A stretch of DNA of 64,000 nucleotides, from the NCBI GenBank assembly GCA_965655095.1, contig OZ296651.1:117738001-117802000 (forward strand). Reading direction: 5' to 3'. The notes below the pieces were generated by a model that was given only the letters and a program-made list of their open reading frames with translations, had not been told where the DNA came from and did no database searches. This document shows positions 22,201 to 31,297 of this stretch, piece after piece. The DNA is from Haplodiscus bocki. Its lineage: Eukaryota. Every line of letters begins with the position of its first letter. The first letter of the stretch is position 1. Made by a program: the position numbers and the translations under genes.

Positions 22201-24134
22201 TGAACGCCACCTTAGCACGTCCTTTTACTTGGAGCCAGAAGATACATAAAGCGCGCAACCAGACTGACGAATCATTGCATGATCAACAGAATATTTTGGA
22301 TTACGTTTGTTCTTTGTACGATAATTATTGTTCTTGTACGACTGCCTTTATTAAACATCAGTTCATAGTTGGTCCACCAGGTACAGGAAAGAGCCATGTG
22401 TTGATCCATTGTGTGATCGCGGCTCTAGCTAGGGGATTGAGATGCGTCATAACTAGTGTCGCTGCGGAGAGAGCTTCACTTTTCGGCGGAAGACACATAA
22501 ACGCTTTAATCCCTTTCCCTGTCGTTCAAAATGGAACGGTGACTCATCTAGTTTCGCATGCATTGAACACTCTTGCCCGAGATCCTGTAAAATTTACTTT
22601 TTTGGAGAGGTTGGATGTTTTATTTGTCGAGGAAGTCTCAATGATTTCAGCTGAACTTTGGTCCGCAATGGACAATGTGTTGCAAGCCGTGTCTGAAAAC
22701 AATCTTCCCTTTGGAGGAAAGATTGTTATTTGCACAGGTGATTTTCGTCAACTTCCGCCTCCTACGGGAACGTTCCTTTTGCTGAGCAACTCGGTGTTAG
22801 CTAATTTCGAGGTTCGGTATTTGAAGCACTATGTGAGGATGCAGAACCAGCAAGGAAAGAGACTTCTGGATTTGCTGTCTGAATATCCTGTGACAGAAGC
22901 ATGTATTAAGGAGTGTTGTGAGATCATTGACAAGTTCTGTATTTTTGTAAGCACGTGGACGGAAGTCCCTCTGGATATTTTGAGAGTGTTCAGTACGCGA
23001 GTTGCGGAAAAAGAGGCCGTGGAAGAGAGAATATCGTTTGTGACAACACATCAAAACATACAGAGTGTGTCTTTCCATTGCAAGGATGAAATGTCAAATA
23101 CAGGAACCCAGAATTGGGTTACCGCAACAGCACCCGTCAGCAAGTTCCTCAACCGAAGTTGCCTTGAGCCAGAGTCTTTGTTTATACATGTTGGGTGTGT
23201 ATTGCGCTTAACTTGCAATTTGCCATCGCTGAAACTGTTCCAGGGACAATTGTGTTTAGTTGAATCGTTCGATGAAAATGATCCTCATATTGTTGTGAGA
23301 GTTGCACCAGCCGGAGTAAGGTCTGTGTCATCTAACAACCCGGACGTTAATTCCTGGAGACTTGTAGTTGTTCGTAAAAGAATTGGCGTTCTCCATAAGT
23401 ATAGCAATTCTACCGTTTGCAGACGTGTTCAGTTTCCTTTGAAAATGTATGTGGCGTCAACGGTTCACAAAATAATGGGTGACACTGTTCCAAACTTGGC
23501 AACACAGATTGTTGGGGGTAAAAAATTCTCCTACTGGCTGAAAGAGCAGCTTTATGTAGTTGTTAGTCGGGTCGCTGATCTTTCCCATATAACGTTTGTC
23601 GGTGACAAGCAGCGTACACTTGATGCAATTAATCTTCTTTGCCGCAAAGATAGCCATTTGGTACCTTTGATAGATAACTTTCTGTCGTCTCGTGGCAGTT
23701 GTAATTCCGGTGTTTCAGCGATCCAGACATTTTATCCCTTTCCCTTACGTGTTTTTGATGTACCCCTTTCGGCAATTGGTTACTGTTATTTGTTGGTGAG
23801 CGTTAAACGCAGGGAACTTTTTTACATTGGAAGCTGTAAGACGTTGCGGCGACGATTGCAGGAGCATAATTCGGGAAATGGGAGCGCATTTACAAAGCCT
23901 GTTGAAAGAAGACCCTGGGCTTTAGTTGCTTACGTGACGGGGTTTTCCAACGCTGTTTCCCGAAGCCGTTACTCTTTCGAACAGGATTGGCAAAGAGCAA
24001 TGGTTAATCACAAATATTCGAATGTGATGCTAACGCTTGCAGATTACTTGTCAGAATGCCATGTTCTTATGGATTTGTATAAAGTTACAGGTATCGAAAC
24101 AGCCCTGGAATGTGATTGCATGCAGAATTTTTAG
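16113..24134 (+). CDS. Helitron-type RepHel polyprotein, 2673 aa: OTU protease, Cys-rich region, HUH Rep, PIF1-family helicase, C-terminal SLX1-like GIY-YIG endonuclease
   Basis: OTU VPGDGNCLF (~16425) and GNHFE (16809). Rep YFFTYTC (20181), YEFQ..PHVH (20418-20459), YLSKY (20964). Helicase GPPGTGKS (22371), EEVSM, GDFRQLPP, QFPL..STVHK, QLYVVVSRV. GIY-YIG GYCYLL..YIGS..RRLQEHN..RPW..VTGF..FEQDWQ from 23778. True start uncertain (TTG; first ATG at 16191). Confidence 0.95.
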   Translation: MCREPRKCVTCGRFYGSKDCSCFQSSMVKASVGEDYFDRSLFSAPFNTMSLFSNVPNSTAFSCTIANLTRICIVFGIPFVAKPLNTHLLGAKSLNSLHPSQTHPVPGDGNCLFSALAVSIGSQYWYHSQLRQRICLALPSVDIAPHFLEIYTTIDGNVVVETASNVNEYLNRSGMRSNGVYGTCVEIYAFAQIAVADVYVYHCMTKLWIVYSYAGDRASMDVPSVFLVHTHTGNHFETVAVLSAENPNSQQSLPHGCVQSSFPDTASQCNVISASFHANTSDPKGSACSEFKVLPHLCDEGLTSPSVGLGGMHNDLLLPSNSCLSLATIECEENGSKCDPLSPGVCFNALPQEIQSTQSAHNGTATMIMKKDNACRNEDASSDNCVLTSTFSADKAQNREMCGKCCRISTPAYPLQWQTLEKTAIKRRRFGLRPTATCLVCQSCFNYNNGGNCWRYAWPSVIHSLLKDLSIRDCTMKKFVSFLPPEIRDSWAMCQHLHPAVSMGDPSVLVDITKRKEVFLDKINSGNFTDLEEALDNECYPNCRCPFGCFTFVEETGRIGFNHLVNGILPSFTSFSSDYLYHLRGARDDWLKPMKVLDAFDVSGFVSVNGAYGLVIGTCVQHNNGSHLQYLHPPAHPSLGRLSVPTNDRLAFVAPNLRILKNVKANYASHTFQLLKAVGNYSGISSIRLSSQRRWDITSDLLVKAESQCSFYRSDIQYFLNSLVSSGETTDEIRQGIQSKPNIEQSAASLSASTSVSITDTYRLFSSPGLTDGQRLCAKFKSVTFAQPPNSFGSSPPKIFSCKTHFLSLLQTLFCISPQLCRSISDSAGVDNAIFPLLQFLDPVIFPRFRRCTRKTVDASMSDGLSKLFTRFPESPSRCLSFGVSQFCDDVIHENVASRQDIWHFLEAQEFEGVNVILFSYAGVNTLRSKFKAPLNFQTAQSVFELKFIATEGLATRNNILLRHGGVFQSFWVYKSKSIFPEQVRLPCDRAVDHFINDYWNICVYYRQTFADISELRSKYFETLAGQGKFFCKKHSLLLTRDFPSSGFKCSCGRSSFLRCPVSGCLASVCRMHSEDESQEKHFVFDGKKRIFGESTKNSACGSSQLDDCSYSRVSVDSENRSTSPTNTVASSEFVTNPGLLEEDSEGSHVSLPVTTAAGDSTVVLERDFRIDSTDFQLPLHVLLNGQCGLLKRSKGSPLYVAARHKRFLENITATSPPNSVPLLQPEAMLFPSIFWHQNTDGSYSGAIPSPLYNDHKQNELLGFASLEQHLQTRLKDSSLLTSTDPRYVQYVFDTIFNLQLRVNDTRIVLNRGWSEAARQRKNVHAMREGAIFFDQCDSRKNVNELGAALKERPATYFFTYTCGQSTHPGLRKIFSALDAKFPKDVCKEEVRKSAIQSEMVTMLRAWERASRLVMKYIETSPEQPLGKVNKIWYRYEFQDEACGFPHVHALIWTAEDCFSEAVRSRICCSATTFLGNLLTEVGSHNYSLDELNELRDLFNRYQSHSCFKAKFRCQKKTDKLKRKTCRVPKYPPSANFTYKCIHKELSEETIAVLKNIGLAESSDFDCSVTIDQRLCGGKHHYPTESNTHTSPTNAKIFALVRSSTNLQICDIYMSSRYLSKYVAGVEERAEVSISTSSATDLYDFHVDQQVNNKIAGVYLTNMSKEEKPKKKCLNSRILSLTESVWWSLRFPYVVTNIQFIHVVTAPREKRAGIVIEPKCRLSSSNQGPLFGRQSSIRHSKDFPPHRCFTVNQKLLIIDAEKSSLSPDKITVFGVRPPELTFVLKVENYFTWFCRFRKPSKLTPESLLKRNVTKSYWVDGLGYCIYLNALYKEAFFNYCRNFSSGVRRFSRQCHEAIACTTSSSSHKFIYDKKVCQTQVVLSNVVPRNTTNFLTHILLSLGEYVTELDIFSQSNMKSAFFEASLARSHLGCEDSEVIDVVRRFVLEQLRYYPGSSTLLDRFVTSAYLCIQQAAQNNSVVFPSSTPRVLEQSIAQQSDSNISHELNAQKESLLCAIANGGYVGLPTYAELMNATLARPFTWSQKIHKARNQTDESLHDQQNILDYVCSLYDNYCSCTTAFIKHQFIVGPPGTGKSHVLIHCVIAALARGLRCVITSVAAERASLFGGRHINALIPFPVVQNGTVTHLVSHALNTLARDPVKFTFLERLDVLFVEEVSMISAELWSAMDNVLQAVSENNLPFGGKIVICTGDFRQLPPPTGTFLLLSNSVLANFEVRYLKHYVRMQNQQGKRLLDLLSEYPVTEACIKECCEIIDKFCIFVSTWTEVPLDILRVFSTRVAEKEAVEERISFVTTHQNIQSVSFHCKDEMSNTGTQNWVTATAPVSKFLNRSCLEPESLFIHVGCVLRLTCNLPSLKLFQGQLCLVESFDENDPHIVVRVAPAGVRSVSSNNPDVNSWRLVVVRKRIGVLHKYSNSTVCRRVQFPLKMYVASTVHKIMGDTVPNLATQIVGGKKFSYWLKEQLYVVVSRVADLSHITFVGDKQRTLDAINLLCRKDSHLVPLIDNFLSSRGSCNSGVSAIQTFYPFPLRVFDVPLSAIGYCYLLVSVKRRELFYIGSCKTLRRRLQEHNSGNGSAFTKPVERRPWALVAYVTGFSNAVSRSRYSFEQDWQRAMVNHKYSNVMLTLADYLSECHVLMDLYKVTGIETALECDCMQNF

Positions 24135-25475
24135 TGTTTATTTGATTGTTCATATGTAATTGTCTACAACGATTTAGACTTTTGTAAAACTGCCATCGAG
24201 AAAACCGATTGTATTTCAAAAGTATTCCTGAACATTGGTTTGTCCGAAACCAACTTTTCAGCAAATAATTTTTGTAGCCAATCATGTTGATTGATTTGAT
24301 TCTTTGCCATTGTTTGCTGTTGGTTTTGAGCCAACCTTTGAAAAAGAGGATGTGTTGTAATAGTTGGAAGATTAATTTTGTAACGGGATGTCGTTTTCAT
24401 TTTTATCACCTTTTCGTTGGACTCACTGAGTAACTTTGTTTAGATTCGTGATCGAACTTTTATGCTATGATACTTTATGGAATAACGTACACAATTATAT
24501 CACACGGTAATTGAAAGAATCATACAATCCTTTTCCGCCATAATTTGTTTTGACATGTGTCTGTAATTACACTGAAGGAGCTGTTTTGATGTTTTTGGGA
24601 GATTGTTTCCAATATTTCAGACGCTATAGGGGTTTAACTTTTTGTTCGGTAATCAGTGCAGAAATTTATTGAAAAAATTGTCAACTGCAAGAGAATGTGA
24701 CGGGGTTTCTACAATGTGACATTGCTGTTTATGTTTTGTGATTGTATCACTGACTGTGAGCTGTTTTAGATGTTAATTCTGACTCATATAATGATTTATT
24801 TTTTTTATAGCTGACGGAGGCAATTTAGCTTTCATGTTTTGTTTTGCTGGTTGCTCAGCAACCGCCGACGCAAGTTCTCAATTAGAATGTTGTTTGTTAG
24901 ATGAACGTATATGAGTTGGTTGTCCAGCAACCCATGTTCTACAAACTGGCCTGGAAACATAAAGAGATAGCAGCGGAGTTCATTTGTAGCGCGGCACCTT
25001 TCAAATCCATTCCATATTCCTTGTTACGGAAGCTGTGAACACTTTTTCTTTCAAGTCATTAAACGCTCTATCATTTGTTTTATGAGAAGCTTTTTTATTA
25101 TCGTTACTTTTGTGAATTGAAGTGTTTCACCACTATGTACTTCTTTGCAGCGATTAAAGAGGGGCTCTTATTTCGTGCATATCGAGTTGTTTGAGTGAGA
25201 TTTTCATTCTTCGGGTATGTGGCTATTGTATTTTTTATAAAATTTCCTTTCCTCAAAGAACATTTCTGATTTTTGACCGTATTGACGACTCTGTAGCTGT
25301 GTGACCGTTGTGAATTTTTGTTTGACTTCGTTTTTGTTCTAATAAGCAAATGACATGAATGAAAGGAGATTCTGGAGTTTGAGTAGGTTTTTCTAATTGC
25401 AAAGTAAACAATATAAAGTATGTTTCGTTCGTTTGTTTGTTTTCATAATGCATTGTCTTTCGGTTTCCGGTTGTT

Positions 25476-26129
25476 ATGTCTGAATATTTTGTTTTGGCGG
25501 CCTCTTCCCTTTATTGGGCAGCTCAGGAGAAACCTTACCTCTTTGATCCTTTCAAGTCACAATTTTGTGCAATTTCTGGTGCTTCGCTAAATAACTACCA
25601 ACCAGAAAAAAACATTTGTTATCTTCTTCAATCGAATTCCTGCAACACTAATGGAAGAAAGGTTATCATTTGGCATGATGCTGTCAATAACTCTTTGTCA
25701 AGCAAGAAGAATCCGGCAATGAGTCCTGAGGCTTTTTTCAGTAAACTGGCGTACTTGAGAAAATTCAATGTCGTGGCTTTTTCCTACTTACCACGATCAG
25801 GAGCGCATAATTTAAACGAGCTCTTGGAAAATTGTCCAACAGGAATTATTTTTTTGAAAATGAAATCGATTCTATCAAAACGGTACAAACTTTTACTTGA
25901 TGAAAGTAACGATCTGCACCTGAATAGCTTGTTAGAGAATCATATGCTATCCAGAACACTGTTGAACAATGGTTTGCAGGATTTGACTTTGCGTCGGTGC
26001 CGCAATAGACGCAATAATCTCCGAAACAAAGTTAGTGTTTTAGTTTTTGGTTTCTGTTTTATTGACAATTTCGAAGATAAGCAGCAACATATTTTTGCCA
26101 CAATTTTTGAAAGAAAACCGGAACGTTAG
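25476..26129 (+). CDS. Divergent SGNH-hydrolase-like protein (possibly spliced 26030->26370, stop 26408)
   Basis: SGNH-like blocks LAASSL, ISGASL, WHDAVNNSL, NDLHLN. Same position in the gene order as the clearer SGNH gene of family B. Candidate phase-0 intron AAA|GTTAGT...TTCTTGCAG|G. Confidence 0.6.
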   Translation: MSEYFVLAASSLYWAAQEKPYLFDPFKSQFCAISGASLNNYQPEKNICYLLQSNSCNTNGRKVIIWHDAVNNSLSSKKNPAMSPEAFFSKLAYLRKFNVVAFSYLPRSGAHNLNELLENCPTGIIFLKMKSILSKRYKLLLDESNDLHLNSLLENHMLSRTLLNNGLQDLTLRRCRNRRNNLRNKVSVLVFGFCFIDNFEDKQQHIFATIFERKPER

Positions 26130-26291
26130 TGATTACACGGTTGATGCATTTAACATCCGAACCAAGTGAGTAGATACAAATTTCGTGCATAACATATTCA
26201 CTTTACTCAGTGTCAATAGTTTAAAGTTTTTGGTAACCAAATCCGGAGTTGGAAGAGTTAACTGGAGAGTTTTTTATGCTTCAATAACAGC

Positions 26292-26331
26292 ACTTGCTTG
26301 TTTTCACGATTCATCGTGAAAACAAGCAAGT
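26292..26331. repeat. Perfect 19-bp inverted repeat with 2-nt spacer
   Basis: ACTTGCTTGTTTTCACGAT-TC-ATCGTGAAAACAAGCAAGT. Confidence 0.9.
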
Positions 26332-27072
26332 CCTTTGCGAACTATTTCAAGATTATCTGTTTCTTGCAGGTCAAAAGAAACAGATGTGAGTTTCACGAAT
26401 CGGCATAGGCATCAATTACCGCGAGCTCCATGAAGATAACTTGATGATTAGGAAGTCCGTCGGTGTTTTAACACCGCGTGAATATTTGTAATGCGGTCAT
26501 TTCTGTCATGATTTGGTGTTATTGTTTAATTGCACTATTTGTGCTGCCATATGGTTTTTAAATGTAAAAAATGAATTGGCAATATTGCATTCATTTAGTT
26601 GAACTATGATTTTACATTTGATGATGTTATTTGAAGCTGAACGCTTTTTTGGCATTTTGTTTATATCCTTTTGGCATGCAGGTTTTTTTACTGGAATCTG
26701 TTGTAAATTGTTTTGTTTTTGGAAATAGAAATAGTTCAGAGGAAATTCAGTTTAATGTACTATCTGTGTTTCAATTTATATGTTTTCGGTATGCGACCAA
26801 TTTTTGACTTGGAGTGGAAAACTGTTTTGAGGACACACCCGATAAATGACTGCAGATTCAGTTGATTCCAGACAAAGTGTACCATAGACGGGACTGAAGA
26901 GTTGCTAGGCTTTAATAAAAAAACGGATTTTCTAAAGTTTTCTTTCATCAAAAATTTTTCTTTGTTCATTGGGCGTTTTTCCGTTTGAGAGAAATCAGAC
27001 TGCAAATCTTGACTTGTGTTTTTTATCGTGTACTTCCTCGTTTGAAACACATCCTTTTGCATTTTTTAAGAA

Positions 27073-28065
27073 ATGAATAGACAAGTAACTGTTGCTGAAG
27101 TTACAGGCGAAGGTTTCCTGCGCAACAGCCAGAACACTGTAATAAGGGGGATAGTTTTGGTTCTGAAAAAAAGTGATCGGCCACTTCAGTTGTTTAGACC
27201 TCAAGCTACAAAATTGAAACGACCACTTCCTGAAGGGACATATGACAGAATGGTTATTATTGGTCAATGGAATAGTAAAGATTGTTTTGTCGTCATCTCA
27301 GTATCCGCGCAGAAGTCTGCTAAACTGTTTTCGGATCGTCATCTGACTGTTGGTTCTGTTGTAGAGGTTACAGAGCCTATATATTCGAACACGTGTTTAG
27401 GGAATGACAAAAATAATCCGATTATTGAAACTCATCAGGCGATCGTTGTTATCAATAACGTAAGCAATGAGGATTTTCCGCCAATTCCAATTATTTCCCT
27501 ACCGAGCACGCCCGCAATGTTCCATTACACTCTCAACAGTAGAAATTTGTTGTTTTTGCATGGAAACATTATATCACCTACGTGTTCTGGAAGTATGTGC
27601 GACCGTCGTATTCTCAGAAATGAAACGGTGTGCGCTTGCTTACACAAGAATTCAGTTTCGTCGTGGACTGTCGCCGCACGCATCATTTCTAGGGACGTGG
27701 AAGAAGAAGCGGACGATCCCCTGAGCGGAGACATGACCCAAAGTCATCAGTTGGCATCGTTCTTTTGCAGCAATGACGTTCTTCGATTGCCAGCTAGCTC
27801 GGTTGAATTGAATCTGTTGCGTGAATCAATGACTAGGGTGACAGCATATGTCAACGATAATGGTGGTTGGAGAATATCTGGCTACAGCAAATCCAGTGTC
27901 AGTGATGAGTCAATTACTCAAGCTGTTCATCATGTGCGAATTTGTCGTCTTATGCCAGCTTCGGTAATCCCGAACAACTTGAAGTACACTATTGGTAATG
28001 CTCGGCAACCGCCCAATCGGCCACCTCCACTACAGCATGCCAACCCGAATGTTCAGCACGATTGA
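27073..28065 (+). CDS. Conserved 330-aa accessory protein, possible OB-fold/Zn-binding ssDNA-binding protein
   Basis: Full-length homolog of the family B ORF at 49737-50768 (FLRNS, DRPLQLFRPQ, YDR, CLGND, CSGxxCDRR..CACL, NGGWRxSG). Function is inference only. Confidence 0.8.
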   Translation: MNRQVTVAEVTGEGFLRNSQNTVIRGIVLVLKKSDRPLQLFRPQATKLKRPLPEGTYDRMVIIGQWNSKDCFVVISVSAQKSAKLFSDRHLTVGSVVEVTEPIYSNTCLGNDKNNPIIETHQAIVVINNVSNEDFPPIPIISLPSTPAMFHYTLNSRNLLFLHGNIISPTCSGSMCDRRILRNETVCACLHKNSVSSWTVAARIISRDVEEEADDPLSGDMTQSHQLASFFCSNDVLRLPASSVELNLLRESMTRVTAYVNDNGGWRISGYSKSSVSDESITQAVHHVRICRLMPASVIPNNLKYTIGNARQPPNRPPPLQHANPNVQHD

Positions 28066-29212
28066 TTTGTTATGGATTTTTCAAAATCCCCTACGGATAT
28101 GTGCTTTTTGAAGTCGAATGAGAATGAACATATAGAAGGATGTTCCTTTTTGAAAGTTTCACATCTATTGTTATTCTGTAGTGCCGTCGATGAATTCAAC
28201 GCAGTTGCCTTAGCAACTCAACTTTACATGGTCTCTTTTACATTTAAACCTTCTTTCCACAAACTTTACAATGAAACAAACAACTGTTTTTCTCTCACCT
28301 AAATAAATCTTGTTTCGTTATGGCAGTACCCTGCATTATTCTCTGTAAAGTAGTTCGATTTACTTCAATAATCCACGTTGAAGGTTTTATGAAATTTTCA
28401 CTACGCTTTTCAATGTTAGTAAAGCACTATGGAAGTAATTTTCTTAAGTCAGTGGCCTCTCAATAATGATGCTATCATTAGTATTAGAAGATATATTTGC
28501 TCCAATTTGTCAAGATATTGATAAATTTAACGTACTCAAATTAGATAGGAACTTTTGGTTCGCGATTTGCCTCGTGTTCAAATAGTTTACTCATAAAGTT
28601 GGAGGAACAAATGAAAATACTTTGAAAGTGTTCAAAGTTCTAAAAGAGATTCACTGTGAATAGCAACGATTTATAGTTTGCATGAGCCGTGAAGTCATTT
28701 CGATGTCCCAAGTCAGTGGTACGCTCACAGAAGTCTATGTTGTCTTTGTTCAAAATGTCGCAGTGATTAAACGGAGATGAAATTCTCGTTTAAAATAAGA
28801 CAGTAAAGAAGGTTGAGCGAATTTTGCAGTGTGTGAGCCTCGTTTTGCTATGTAGACATATCGATCTTTTAGGAACATTTATAAATGGGAAAACGTGTAG
28901 GAGCTTTGAAATTTTTCATAAACAGCTGTTTTGAGTTTTATGTTTCTTCTCAAAATTTAATTGTTATTTTTGGACCTGGTTTTTTCAATAGGAGTTGGAA
29001 AAAGTTCTTTTACTCAGGGGTTTTTCTTTGATAAAGTCGGATCTATTTTTCCGTTTTGGCTATTGTTGTTCATTTCTTGAACGGTTTTAGCTTCTGTTCT
29101 GTTGAGATTGAGAGTTAATTTTTTTTACTTTTATGACAAAACTCCATTTCAGTTGGTGTCCACAGATACCTATCCAACATTCACTGGGCCTCTCTAGCGA
29201 ACGGTACCTTTG

Positions 29213-29229
29213 CCTCCACTGGGTGGTCA
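29213..29229 (+). repeat. 17-bp unit junction J2
   Basis: Exact CCTCCACTGGGTGGTCA. Confidence 0.95.
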
Positions 29230-30239
29230 GGGATGTAACCTTTTTAGAATCCGAGGCCGGGTAGGGTCCCGCTGCCGAGGTTAAATATTAGTCGATAAAT
29301 TTTCATCAATGTGCACTAGGGGTCTGGGAAGCCGATCTCGGGTCCTACCCGATAGAATTTATTCATATTTTGCATGCGGTCCTCAAATGGTGAGGTGAGA
29401 AAGGGGAGGAGGGAAAAAACTTTTTCCCTTCACAACGTGATGAGTTATGACGGAATGATCGTGTTTTTTGCCCCGATTTTGACTTCTCATCGCTTTAGTT
29501 CCACATCTACCCGATACAATTGGCCCAAATTTTGTGTGTGAGGCACAAATGATTTGAACAGTTTGCATGCCAAAATTTTTCGGCCCAGCTGTTTTCGTTT
29601 GGGAGATAGGTGCTGATGAATTTTCGGATTTTTGCTAAAAATGCGTCATTCCGTCATTTTTGATCGCCAAAACCAACTTTTTCCCGTAAGCTAGCCTTCG
29701 CTAAGGATGCCAAAACTGAACCGGCAATTGATTTTGATTGGCCAAAATTTTTCGGTCAAAATGCAGAAAAAAAATGACGGATATGACGGGAAAAAAATGA
29801 CGGAAATGACGGATTTGTTTTTTTCAAAAAAAATTTTTTCTCGAAATTTTCATTTTTGCACAAAAAAATGTGCCTGACAATGTTACACAGCTTCTAGACA
29901 GGTGGCTGTTGACTTTTTGATCGTTTTCCACCTCAGATGAGACAATCATTTTTTTTGAAGGACATTTTTTGGAGCTATGCCATGCTTTATAAATATTAAA
30001 GTGTCCCGTTGTTCTGGAGATCAGCTCCGCGCCAATCTCCAGAACAAGGGGTTCAACTACCGAAAAAAGAAGCACTGGAGTGCTCTAATCTCATTATTTC
30101 GAAGAAATGAGACAGCAGAATGCCTTCAACATCAAGACATTTAAAATCAATTTTCTTTCATCACAATTGCCAGAAAGGAAGTAGAGTATTCTCCCTCAGA
30201 TACTTACATATTATCCTCCTCTCGCAGTTCTTACCCTTT
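29213..30239 (+). mobile_element. Short non-autonomous unit, alpha type (1,027 bp)
   Basis: Head is a diverged copy of the family A head; tail (CCTCTC..TACCCTTT) resembles the family A tail (CCTCTC..TACCTTT); hairpin at 30005-30051; no credible ORF. Confidence 0.8.
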
Positions 30240-30256
30240 CCTCCACTGGGTGGTCA
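30240..30256 (+). repeat. 17-bp unit junction J3
   Basis: Exact CCTCCACTGGGTGGTCA. Confidence 0.95.
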
Positions 30257-31297
30257 AGCTTTTTAGCGACAGAAAACTGTTACGAGGCGGGGTAGGGGCC
30301 CCTATGCCGAGTTTCATAAATCAAGTTTACACCTAACCGGACCCCCCCGAAAAGGAGACGATCTCGAAACCTAACCATACGATTTTGATCAAACTTTCAA
30401 TGTGGATAGAGTCTGCCGATGTTTGAAGATTTTTGGCACTTACATCATTTTTTTTCTTTTCGTTGGGGAGATATGACGCAATGATCCTGTTTTTTGGCAG
30501 GTTTCGATGTTTTTTTCGCAATATCTCCACACTTTAACCATAGCATTGGACCCAATTTTTTTGTGTGAAGCACAATTGTTGTGGACTACCTACATGCCAA
30601 AATATTTCGGCCAGGGCCTTTTGCCTTAGGAGATATGACCTTTCAAAGTCGTCAAAAATAGGCCAAAATTGACCATTTTGTCATTTCTCCCACGATGATG
30701 TAAAAAAAGTGATGTAAGCTTTCGTCACAACGTGACGGGACTTGTGTCAAATGAAAGATAATTTTCCGACGAAAAAACAGTTTTGGTCAAATTGCCGAAA
30801 ATAATGACGGTTATGACGAAATTTCCGAAAAAAAAATAAAAAATTTCCAAAAAAATAAATTTTTGACTGCAGAATTAATCCCGATGATCCTTTGCGCGAT
30901 TTCCTCGCCCAAAATCTTCCTCCCGTCCGAAAGGGGTCAAGATCAACTAGAAAGTTTACGTAGAACAGTTTTCCGAAAGTTTTCTCGAACATCACACAAA
31001 CGGTTGAAAAACCTACAAAGAAAGGACAAAAATCGAGAATCAAATTTCACATCACCTTCGCCCCGTTTTTCCGTAGATTAGCGCAGCGTTTCGGAGGAAT
31101 AACGGGGCAAAAAGGATTTCCACTTTTCTTTACTTTATCTGCTTTTTTAAGTTTTTATGACAGAAGTTTATAAAACTCTAGTTTTTGACTCAAACTGGGT
31201 AGATTACGCAACATGGAACGTTCATAGGAACAGTGAAAGTGCATACATTGGCACAAAAAAATAACCAGTGGCCGCCAACTGGTGAATTTCACCGTTG
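30240..31297 (+). mobile_element. Short non-autonomous unit, beta type (1,058 bp)
   Basis: Full-length homolog of 47353-48410; head shared with the family B unit at 48411; hairpins at 31060-31108 and 31265-31307. Confidence 0.85.

Larger units (their letters stand above)
14205..29212 (+). mobile_element. Helitron-like element, family A, copy 1 (15,008 bp; potentially autonomous)
   Basis: Junction-to-junction unit, near-identical to 31298-46304 (offset 17,093/17,092); identity begins and ends at the junctions. Carries RepHel, SGNH-like and 330-aa genes. Confidence 0.9.

Noticed and set aside
16309-23657. Many 60-217 aa ORFs overlapping RepHel on other frames or strands (also in the B copies, e.g. 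8814-9422)
   Set aside because: Shadow ORFs of a long coding region; no motifs and not conserved between families A and B.
24901-25038. 45-aa ORF between RepHel and SGNH in family A
   Set aside because: Too short, no motif, and no counterpart recognised in family B.
14190-29230. Cut-and-paste transposon with TIRs and a 17-bp target-site duplication
   Set aside because: No terminal inverted repeats and no DDE transposase or tyrosine recombinase ORF; the same 17-mer borders every unit rather than varying by insertion.
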